DNA of 64,000 bases from an uncultured Chloroflexia bacterium. Its GTDB lineage: Bacteria > Chloroflexota > Limnocylindria > Limnocylindrales > CSP1-4. The stretch lies in assembly GCA_963828165.1 (NCBI GenBank), contig CAWHDR010000001.1:768001-832000 (forward strand). The letters are read 5' to 3'. Every line of letters starts with the position of its first letter. Position 1 is the first letter of the stretch. Under the pieces are notes generated by a model. The model saw only the letters and a list, made by a program, of their open reading frames with translations, had not been told where the DNA came from and did no database searches. Position numbers and translations under genes: made by a program. Shown here one piece after another: positions 56,522-64,000 of the stretch.

Positions 56522-57790
56522 CTAGCCGGGCTCCGGCAGGTGGTGCAACCGCAGGACCCGCGAGCCCACGAGCCAGAGCACGCCCAGGGTCGCGCCGATC
56601 GAGGCGATGAACAACGTCTCGCGCACTCCGATGGCCGCGCCCAGCAGCCCGCCAACCAGCGCACCGATCGGTCGTACGCCGTAGTTGATGAAGCGGAACG
56701 CGCCCGACGAGCGCGACCGGATGCGATCCGGGGTGCGCGCCGACATGATCGCGCCCACGTTGATGTCCAGGATCATCACGCCGAATCCGGCGCCGAATTC
56801 GGATGCGAATAGCAGCCCGAGGATCAGCGGCATCGGCATGCTCGCGTCCGCGATGGGGATGAGAACCAGCGGCAAGGGGAACAGCAGGCAGCCGAGGGCG
56901 TAGGCCGGTCCCAGCCCGATCCGACGTCCGATGCGAGCGGCGACCACGGCGCCGATCAGCCCGCCCACCGCCCCAGCGCCGAGGGCCAGCCCGAGCAGGC
57001 CTGGCTCCACAAGGAGGATCGTCGTCGCATACAGGATGAACAAGGCGTGGAACCCGAAGGTGAACAGGTTGATCGTGGCAACGGCGAGCAGCGTCGGGCG
57101 CATGATCGCGTCGCCCAGGATGAAGGCGAGCCCGGCGAGGATCTGCTCGCGGAGACCTCCTGCCTCGGGCTCGATCGGCGGCTCCGGTGACTGGACCCGG
57201 CGCAGGAAGAGCGCCGAACCAAGGAACGAGACGGCATCGGCCAGCATCGCGAACGGCGCGCTGAGCACCTGGACGAGCACGCCGCCGACCGTCGGGCCGG
57301 CGACATACGCCATCGATCGGCTGCCGTTCAGCAGCGACATCGCGTCGACGAACCGCACGCGCCGCACGACCGCCACGAACACCGTGTTCCACGAGACGTC
57401 GAACACCACGGTCAGGCAGCCACTCAGGAAGCCCACGACGTAGAGCTGCGCCATGCTCAGGACACCGAGCACGTAGGCGATCGGGATGGTCGCGATGAGC
57501 GCGGCCCGGCCATAGTCCGCCCAGATCATCAGGCGACGCCGCCGTTGGACCCGATCGAGCCAGATGCCGGCCGGCATCGAAAACAGCAGGTGTGGCAGCA
57601 GCCCGACCGAGGTCAGATAGCCCATCTGGGCAGCGTCGGCACCCAGGGTCAGGACAGCCACCAGCGGCAAGCCGATTCGCGACACCTCGTCGCCGAAGAC
57701 CGAGATCGTCTGGCCGATCCAGAGGCGGCGGAAGTCGGGGACCCGGCGCAGGAGCGGCGGGATGAGGCGCGCGGGTCGCACCCGCATCAC
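56522..57790 (-). CDS. MFS transporter (DHA3/MFS_3-like)
   Basis: FRRLWIGQTIS and AGIWLDRV.RRR; about 12 TM segments. Confidence 0.88.
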   Translation of the reverse strand: MMRVRPARLIPPLLRRVPDFRRLWIGQTISVFGDEVSRIGLPLVAVLTLGADAAQMGYLTSVGLLPHLLFSMPAGIWLDRVQRRRRLMIWADYGRAALIATIPIAYVLGVLSMAQLYVVGFLSGCLTVVFDVSWNTVFVAVVRRVRFVDAMSLLNGSRSMAYVAGPTVGGVLVQVLSAPFAMLADAVSFLGSALFLRRVQSPEPPIEPEAGGLREQILAGLAFILGDAIMRPTLLAVATINLFTFGFHALFILYATTILLVEPGLLGLALGAGAVGGLIGAVVAARIGRRIGLGPAYALGCLLFPLPLVLIPIADASMPMPLILGLLFASEFGAGFGVMILDINVGAIMSARTPDRIRSRSSGAFRFINYGVRPIGALVGGLLGAAIGVRETLFIASIGATLGVLWLVGSRVLRLHHLPEPG

Positions 57791-57854
57791 CGTCGGTCAG
57801 CCATCTTCCCGCCGATGGTAGGGCGGGCCGCGTCGCGTCGTATGGTGTGTGGAC

Positions 57855-58718
57855 ATGCGTGCTGCCGAGCCGGTGCCCACCGAAATCGTGGTCCTCGTCG
57901 ATGTCCCGATCACGTTCGAGACCGAGGACGGAACCACCGTGCACTCGCCGATGGTCCACGCCACGGTCGGTGGCATCGGCACTCGGCTGATCCTCGACAC
58001 GGGCTCGACCGACCATGTGCTGACGAAGGAGCTCGTCGATCGCGTAGGCGCGGACAGCGCGACCGCCGAAGATGGGACCGACCACGCGGGAGCGGCGGTG
58101 CCCAGCTGGTCGGTCGGGGCCCTCGAGGTCCGCATCGCGGATCGTCCGTTCGCGCTCCGGGACGTGATCGCGATCGCCGGGCCGCCGCCGTTCGCTGGCT
58201 GGGGCGTCGGCGGCTTCTTGAGTCCGCAACACCTGCATCCGGGCGCGCGGGTCCTGATCGACCTCCTGAACGATCGGCTCGTGGTCGTCGAGTCGTCCGG
58301 CGCGGATGTCGATGCGTGGTTGATCGGTCGCGTCCCCTCGCTGCGGCCGATCGCCCTCGATCGGATCACGGACGAGTCGACGGTGGCCGTACCCGCCGCG
58401 ATCGAGCCCTTCGCGACCGTTCCGACGATGCTCAACACGGGAGGTCGTCAGACGGAGTTCGCAAGCGGCGCCGTCCCGGGCCTCCGCGGCACGGCAGACG
58501 AGCAGGGCGGCACGGGCGTCGGCGGAGGCAAGGTCGTCGGGTCGGACGTCGGCGAACGCGTCCTGCAGGTCGGAGGCGCCCGGATCCCGGTCCCGCGGCT
58601 CGTTGTCCGCGACGAGATGGACGGTCCGCCAGGCCTCGTCGGGGTCGACGTCCTGCGCGGCACGGCCCTCATCTGCAGCGCCGATACGGACCTCGGCGTC
58701 GTGTGGCTGGTCGCCTGA
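57855..58718 (+). CDS. Retropepsin-like aspartyl protease with two lobes
   Basis: LILDTGS...GFLS and MLNTGG...GLVGVD. Confidence 0.7.
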   Translation: MRAAEPVPTEIVVLVDVPITFETEDGTTVHSPMVHATVGGIGTRLILDTGSTDHVLTKELVDRVGADSATAEDGTDHAGAAVPSWSVGALEVRIADRPFALRDVIAIAGPPPFAGWGVGGFLSPQHLHPGARVLIDLLNDRLVVVESSGADVDAWLIGRVPSLRPIALDRITDESTVAVPAAIEPFATVPTMLNTGGRQTEFASGAVPGLRGTADEQGGTGVGGGKVVGSDVGERVLQVGGARIPVPRLVVRDEMDGPPGLVGVDVLRGTALICSADTDLGVVWLVA

Positions 58719-58797
58719 AGAACCGTTCGCGCAACGACGACGCCATACCCTGTGAGCACGACCACCCTGGCCGTGCCGGACAGATCACGAGGCGACC

Positions 58798-59361
58798 GTG
58801 GACCAGCGAGGGCTCGTGGAGCGTGCGCGGGGAGGCGATCATGAGGCCTTCGCCGAGCTCGCCCGCGCCGCCATCGTGCGGCTGGACCAGGCCGCGCGCC
58901 TGATCCTCCGTGACCCCGAGCTCGCACGCGACGCGGTCCAGGAGGGGTTGATCCGAGCCTGGCGCGACCTCCCGAAGCTTCGGGAAGCCGACCGGTTCGA
59001 TGCGTGGCTGTACCGACTCACCGTGAATTCCTGCATCGACCAGACTCGCCGCCGGCGTCGGCGCGCGATCGAGGTCGAGCTGACGCCCATGCACGCGCCG
59101 TACGCATCTGACACCTCCGGCGCCCTCGCCGATCGCGACCAGGTCGACCGGGTGCTTCGCCACCTGGACGAGCGCGGTCGCGCGATCGTCGTCCTGCACT
59201 ACTTCCTGGGGCTGCCGCTGACCGAGGTCGCGACGACCCTCGGCATCCCGGTCGGGACGGTCAAGTCACGGCTGCATCGCGCCCTGGGCGAGATGCGGAT
59301 CGCGATCTCCGCCGATCCGGCGCCCACCCCGTCACCGGTGTCGGGAGGGCAGCTCGCATGA
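58798..59361 (+). CDS. ECF sigma-70 factor (paralogue of 21688)
   Basis: ARDAVQE...AW..LP.LR and GIPVGTVKSRLHR. Confidence 0.92.
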   Translation: MDQRGLVERARGGDHEAFAELARAAIVRLDQAARLILRDPELARDAVQEGLIRAWRDLPKLREADRFDAWLYRLTVNSCIDQTRRRRRRAIEVELTPMHAPYASDTSGALADRDQVDRVLRHLDERGRAIVVLHYFLGLPLTEVATTLGIPVGTVKSRLHRALGEMRIAISADPAPTPSPVSGGQLA

Positions 59362-60668
59362 CGACTGAACGTCGTTTCGAGCGCGACCTCCCCCAGATCC
59401 TGGGCGATCTCGCGACGGGGCCCTATCCCGACTACATCGATGACGTCCTGGCCACCACGGCGCAGCGTCGCCAGCGGCCCGCCTGGACGTTCCCCGAAAG
59501 GTGGCTCCCGATGGTTGCCATCGCTCGTCAGCCCGTTCTCGCTCCGCGCATCCCGTGGCGCTCGATCTCCTTCGCGATCCTGCTGATCGCCATCCTGCTC
59601 GCGGCGGTCGTCGCCTTCATCGGCTCCCAGCCCCGGGTGCCGGCCCCGTTCGGTCCCGCCGCGAACGGCTTGATCGCGTACGAGGCGGATGGCGACATCT
59701 TTGCCGCCGATGCCGTGACCGGGGTCGCCACGGCGGTCGTGACCGGTCCGGATGTCGATGCCGGTCCGCGCTGGTCACCGGACGGGACCCACGTCGTCTT
59801 CGCGCGCGAGGTCCAAGGGGGGCGGGTGCTGCTCACGGTGGCGAGATCCGACGGCAGCGACCTCACCGTGATCACGCCGAAGCCCATCGAGCTCACGGAA
59901 AGCCTCCTTGGCGAGCCGTGGGAACCATACGAGTTCTCGCCAGACGGTCGGTCGGTGGTGTTCGCGGCGGTCGAGCGCGGTCTCCCGACGATCTCGATCG
60001 CGCAGAGCGACGGCAGCGGCGTGCGTGCCCTCCCGGTCGACATGGCGGCCTATGAACCGTCATTCCGGCCTCCGAACGGCGCCGAGATCCTGTTCGTCGG
60101 TGAGGACGCGAACGAACAGACCTGGCATGGCATGTTCGCGATCGACCTGTCGACCGGGGACGTTCGCACGGTCGTCGCACCCTCGCCCGCCTTTGACCTC
60201 GCGGGCGCGACCTGGTCTCCGGACGGTTCGAAGATCGCCTTTTGGGCATGGGCCGGGAGCGAGGGGATCACCGCGCATACCCACGTGATCTCGGCCGACG
60301 GGACGGGCGATCGCGAGCTGCCGAGTCCTCCGACGGCGGCCTGGAGCATCGGGTCGGAATGGTCCAACGACGGTACACGTCTGCTGATCGTCCGGGGGTA
60401 CACGTCGGGCCTTGGCGATGTTCGGGCCGTGGTGATCCCCGTCGAGGGCGATTCGTCGGGGGTCGAGATCCGTGTCCCGGACCTTGTCGGCGGAGAATGT
60501 TGCGCGGCCTGGGAGTGGTCGCCCGACGACTCGCTGATCCTGGCCACACCGACCGACGCGCGGGCCCAGCGCCAACAGCAGCTCATCGTCGACCCATCGA
60601 CGGGTGAGGTGCGTCCAGCCCCATGGTCCGCGACCAGTGACCCGACCTGGCAGCGGCTCGCACCCTGA
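59358..60668 (+). CDS. Putative anti-sigma factor with one TM and extracytoplasmic PD40/TolB beta-propeller
   Basis: 4-bp overlap with the ECF gene; T..RRQRP.W N-terminus; WSPDG/FSPDG/WSNDG repeats. Confidence 0.75.
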   Translation: MTTERRFERDLPQILGDLATGPYPDYIDDVLATTAQRRQRPAWTFPERWLPMVAIARQPVLAPRIPWRSISFAILLIAILLAAVVAFIGSQPRVPAPFGPAANGLIAYEADGDIFAADAVTGVATAVVTGPDVDAGPRWSPDGTHVVFAREVQGGRVLLTVARSDGSDLTVITPKPIELTESLLGEPWEPYEFSPDGRSVVFAAVERGLPTISIAQSDGSGVRALPVDMAAYEPSFRPPNGAEILFVGEDANEQTWHGMFAIDLSTGDVRTVVAPSPAFDLAGATWSPDGSKIAFWAWAGSEGITAHTHVISADGTGDRELPSPPTAAWSIGSEWSNDGTRLLIVRGYTSGLGDVRAVVIPVEGDSSGVEIRVPDLVGGECCAAWEWSPDDSLILATPTDARAQRQQQLIVDPSTGEVRPAPWSATSDPTWQRLAP

Positions 60669-60720
60669 CGGGGTCTCGCCCCATCGGCGACCCCCGCTGT
60701 CGACCGCGGCGGGCAAGGAA

Positions 60721-60750
60721 GAACCCCGGGTTGGTCGGGACCCGGGGTTC
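60721..60750 (-). terminator. Terminator hairpin downstream of the tRNA
   Basis: GAACCCCGGGT-N8-ACCCGGGGTTC, followed on the minus strand by TTCCTT. Confidence 0.7.
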
Positions 60751-60762
60751 AGGAAAAGGCGT

Positions 60763-60837
60763 TGGTTGCGGGGACTGGATTCGAACCAGTGACCTTCGGG
60801 TTATGAGCCCGACGAGCTGCCGCTGCTCCACCCCGCT
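60763..60837 (-). tRNA. tRNA-fMet (CAT), initiator
   Basis: AGCGGGGTGGAGCAGCGGCAGCTCGTCGGGCTCATAACCCGAAGGTCACTGGTTCGAATCCAGTCCCCGCAACCA; three G-C pairs in the anticodon stem, 1:72 mismatch, encoded CCA. Confidence 0.95.
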
Positions 60838-60842
60838 CGGAG

Positions 60843-60871
60843 ATGATAGGCAGCCAGCCCGATTCGGTCAA
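60843..60871 (-). promoter_or_regulatory. Sigma70 promoter of tRNA-fMet
   Basis: TTGACC-N17-TATCAT, ending 5 nt before tRNA position 1. Confidence 0.75.
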
Positions 60872-62232
60872 ACGCCGGATACTGCCGGCTCCATCGTGGG
60901 CGATCGGCCACTCAGGCGGCGCCTGCCGATCGCGAGGCCCACGACCAGGGCGATCACCATGACCCCACTGAACACGTAGAACGGGTACAGGATGCTGCGC
61001 TCGGCCAGGATCCCGGCGCCGAGTGACGCGGCGATGAACCCGAGCGTGCCCGCGGCCCCGAACAAGCCCTGCGTGGTCGACGACCGACCCGGCGGCGAGT
61101 TCGCGGCCACGACCGCGTACAGGGCCGGGTTGAGCATCGCGAAACCGGTCGCCTCGACGAGGATCAGCGGCACCGCCAGGAACGGATCGGACAGGAACGT
61201 GTACAAGATGCCGGCGGCCGCGGGCAGCAGCGACCCGATGACGATGAAGGCCATCGATCCGCGCCGGTCCACGATCTTGCCGGCCAGTGGCGACAGGATG
61301 AGGATCGGCAGCCCGAACATCGCGAAGGTCAGGCCGATGAGCGGGAGGTCCGCGCCGAGCCCTTGCAGGAACAGGCTCCAGATGACCTCGTAGGTGCCGC
61401 CCCCGTAGTACCCGCCGAGATTGATGATGAGCGCCGCGATCAGCCCGCGGTTGAGCAGCCGCATCGTCTGTGAGGGTCGCTCCGGCTCGTCGGCGGCGAG
61501 GTCTGCAGCAAGCCGACGTTCGAGGAACGGCGAGTCCGGTGGCAGGGTCGTGACGTCCGGCGGCCGCGTCGGGTGGACGTGCCGCTCGTAGCGCTCCTCA
61601 CGTACGCGCAGCGCGATACCGACCGCGGCCACCACCGTCGCGATCGCGCTGAAGACGAAGACGAACGCGATGCCCCCGAACTGTGCCGCCCCGAAGGCGC
61701 CGATCGTCGGGCCGAGCAGCAGCCCGCCCATCTGCGCGGCTCCGTACAGGCCGAAGGCCTCCCCGCGCCGGTCCGGCGGGGTCGCGTCGGTCAGGAAACC
61801 ACGCGCGGCAGGGTCGTAGATGGCGGCACCAAGCCCGGCTCCGGCGCGCAGCAGGACGAAGGCCAGGGGCCCGGTGAGGACGAGCGGCAGCGCCCCGAAC
61901 ACGCCGGTCGCGACGAGGCCGATGACCATCAACGGGACTCGCTCGGTCCGGTCGGCGAGCCAGCCGAAGATCGGCTCGCTGACGAGACGCGCGGCGGGCC
62001 ATGCGGCGATGACGATGCCAAGGGTCGCAAGGTCGATCCCCTGCTCCGTGAAGTAGAGCGGCAGGACCGGGAGCAGGCCCCCGAACCCCAGCCAGACCAC
62101 GAACTCGGCGACGAGGAGCGGCGCGATGCCACCCCATCGTTCGAACCAGGCCGTCCATCGACGGCGGAGGCGGGTGCCGAGCGAGGGGTCGGACGGGTCC
62201 GAGGGGGCGGTTGTCGGAGGGCTGGGCGACAT
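60868..62232 (-). CDS. MFS transporter (DHA1-like)
   Basis: FGWLADRTER, AGKIVDRRG and GLLLGPTIG motifs. Confidence 0.88.
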   Translation of the reverse strand: MSPSPPTTAPSDPSDPSLGTRLRRRWTAWFERWGGIAPLLVAEFVVWLGFGGLLPVLPLYFTEQGIDLATLGIVIAAWPAARLVSEPIFGWLADRTERVPLMVIGLVATGVFGALPLVLTGPLAFVLLRAGAGLGAAIYDPAARGFLTDATPPDRRGEAFGLYGAAQMGGLLLGPTIGAFGAAQFGGIAFVFVFSAIATVVAAVGIALRVREERYERHVHPTRPPDVTTLPPDSPFLERRLAADLAADEPERPSQTMRLLNRGLIAALIINLGGYYGGGTYEVIWSLFLQGLGADLPLIGLTFAMFGLPILILSPLAGKIVDRRGSMAFIVIGSLLPAAAGILYTFLSDPFLAVPLILVEATGFAMLNPALYAVVAANSPPGRSSTTQGLFGAAGTLGFIAASLGAGILAERSILYPFYVFSGVMVIALVVGLAIGRRRLSGRSPTMEPAVSGV

Positions 62233-62377
62233 GGGACCGGTGCTGCGGGTCGGCGGGCCAGCGTAGCCCACGAGGTCGTACGCGGCTCCCCGGATGCGCC
62301 GGGCAGGACGGGGCCTGTTAACACGCAAGGCCTATACTCGGGTCTCCGATCGACCGAAACCAGGGGTGCGCCACCGC

Positions 62378-63370
62378 ATGGACGCCATCACCGCCGAAGG
62401 CCTCGTCAAGATCTACACGACCCGCAAGAGCGAGGTCCGGGCGCTCGACGGTGTGGACCTGAACGTCCCCGAAGGCACGGTGCTGGGCCTGCTCGGCCCC
62501 AACGGGGCCGGCAAGACGACCGCCGTCCGGATCCTCGCCACGCTGCTCAAGCCGGACGCCGGCCACGCCACCATCGCCGGGTTCGACCTGGAGCGCCAAC
62601 CCGACGACATCCGCCGCGTCATCGGATTGTCGGGGCAGTACGCCGCCGTCGACGAGAACCTGACGGGGAGCGAGAACCTGTGGCTCTTCGGGCGGCTCTA
62701 CCAGCTGTCATCGGCCGAGGCGCGGCGACGAGCCACCGAGCTGCTCGACGAATTCGATCTCGCCGACGCCGCCGATCGGGTCGCGAAGACCTATTCCGGG
62801 GGCATGCGCCGCCGATTGGACCTGGCGAGCGCGCTCATCGGGCGACCGCGCTTGTTGTTCCTCGACGAGCCGACGACCGGCCTCGATCCGCGAAGTCGGA
62901 TCGGGATGTGGGACGTCATCCGTGGCCTGGTCCGGGAGGGCGTGACGCTGCTTCTCACCACGCAATACCTCGAGGAGGCCGACGAGCTGGCCGACCGGAT
63001 CGTGGTGATCGACCACGGCAAGATCATCGCCCGCGGCACCGCGGACGAGCTGAAGTCCGAGGTCGGCGGCGAGCGCATCGAGGTCGTGATCCACGATCGC
63101 GATGCCATCCCGCGAGCCAGGGACATCCTGTCGCGCGATTGCGCCGGCGACGTCACCGTCGATGACCACACGCGTCGATTGACCGCACCCACCAGTGCTG
63201 GCGCGGGCGCCCTCGTCCAGGTCGTTCGCGACTTCGACGAGTCGGGCATCCGGATCGACGACATCTCGCTGCGGCGGCCGACGCTGGACGATGTCTTCCT
63301 GGCCCTCACCGGCCACGCGGCCGAGGAGGAGAGCCTCACCGCCGAGGCCGGGACGGGGAGCGCAGCATGA
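62378..63370 (+). CDS. DrrA-like ABC exporter ATP-binding subunit
   Basis: GPNGAGKT, YSGGMRRRLDLA, TTQYLEEAD and PTLDDVFL.LTG motifs. Confidence 0.92.
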   Translation: MDAITAEGLVKIYTTRKSEVRALDGVDLNVPEGTVLGLLGPNGAGKTTAVRILATLLKPDAGHATIAGFDLERQPDDIRRVIGLSGQYAAVDENLTGSENLWLFGRLYQLSSAEARRRATELLDEFDLADAADRVAKTYSGGMRRRLDLASALIGRPRLLFLDEPTTGLDPRSRIGMWDVIRGLVREGVTLLLTTQYLEEADELADRIVVIDHGKIIARGTADELKSEVGGERIEVVIHDRDAIPRARDILSRDCAGDVTVDDHTRRLTAPTSAGAGALVQVVRDFDESGIRIDDISLRRPTLDDVFLALTGHAAEEESLTAEAGTGSAA

Positions 63371-64000
63371 CCGCACGAACGACATCGGCGCCGAGCAGCG
63401 TCCTCGGCAGGTCGGTCACGGACGGCCTCCTCGTCGGCTGGCGGAACCTCAAGCGGATCCCCCGGATCCCGGAGCTCGCGATCTTCGCGATCCTCCAGTC
63501 GATCATGTTCGTGCTGCTCTTCGTGTTCGTGTTCGGCGGTGCGATCAACGTCCCGGGCGATTACACGTCGTTCCTGATGCCCGGCATCTTCGCCCAGACG
63601 ATCGTCTTCGCCTCCGGTACCACGGCGATCGGCATGACCGACGACATCAACAAGGGGATCATCGACCGGTTCCGGTCGCTCCCGATGTCACGCTCCGCGG
63701 TCCTGACCGGCCGGACGTTCTCCGACGTGATCTACAACGCCGGGATCCTCGTGGTGCTCATGCTGACCGGCTTCGCCATCGGCTGGCGCGTCGAGAGCCT
63801 CCCGTCGCTCGTGGCAGGCTTCGCGCTGCTGCTGTTCTTCGCCTACGGCATGGTCTGGCTCGGGGTCTGGCTGGGATTGAACGTCCCGACCGTCGAAGTC
63901 GGTCAGCAGGTGATCTTCACGGTGCTGTTCCCGATCACCTTCATCTCGAACGTCTTCGTCCCGGCCTCGACGTTGCCGGACTGGCTCCAACCGATCGCCG
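63367..64000 (+). CDS. DrrB-like ABC-2 permease (3' truncated by window)
   Basis: ATG at 63367 overlaps the upstream stop; WRNLKR..R.P, FVFVFGGAI, GIIDRFRSLPM and LPDWLQ motifs. Confidence 0.88.
   Translation, partial: MTARTTSAPSSVLGRSVTDGLLVGWRNLKRIPRIPELAIFAILQSIMFVLLFVFVFGGAINVPGDYTSFLMPGIFAQTIVFASGTTAIGMTDDINKGIIDRFRSLPMSRSAVLTGRTFSDVIYNAGILVVLMLTGFAIGWRVESLPSLVAGFALLLFFAYGMVWLGVWLGLNVPTVEVGQQVIFTVLFPITFISNVFVPASTLPDWLQPIA

Noticed and set aside
60668-60870. tRNA as an integration site for a genomic island
   Set aside because: No integrase is nearby and I saw no duplicated tRNA 3' end in the window.

Overview
High-GC bacterial chromosomal window, densely coding, with about 70 genes and one initiator tRNA. 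I see no CRISPR array, integrase, transposase or prophage. Gene content and many leaderless TANNNT promoters fit a Chloroflexota-like or actinobacteria-like aerobe (inference). Recognisable blocks are: the fabF 3' end, a Cu(I) P1B-ATPase, ogt, a CBS-flanked 2-oxoacid:ferredoxin oxidoreductase operon, a dispersed tyrosine catabolism set (hppD, hmgA, FAH), a frameshifted AAA-LuxR regulator, proC, a 7Fe ferredoxin, a polyamine-type ABC importer, msrB, an A2-type heme-copper oxidase operon, two ECF sigma/anti-sigma pairs, tRNA-fMet and DrrAB-like exporters. The best novelty candidates are four. (1) A cyclic-nucleotide-themed putative peptide processing/signalling locus at 5.2-9.8 kb: an MFS-cNMP fusion, a small acidic peptide with DVEGH/DVKGN motifs and its own promoter, Crp-like box and terminator, a minimal cytosolic subtilase, a GAF protein and a Crp regulator. 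(2) An unannotated 33-aa hydrophobic peptide ending AGRRWGP behind a DUF5317-like gene, with a nested hairpin upstream. (3) A terminal oxidase with two tethered blue-copper domains and no cytochrome c. (4) A CopA with a C-terminal type-1 copper domain that shares a CsoR-like palindrome with a distant YHS gene. All calls come from reading motifs by eye; no database searches were run.
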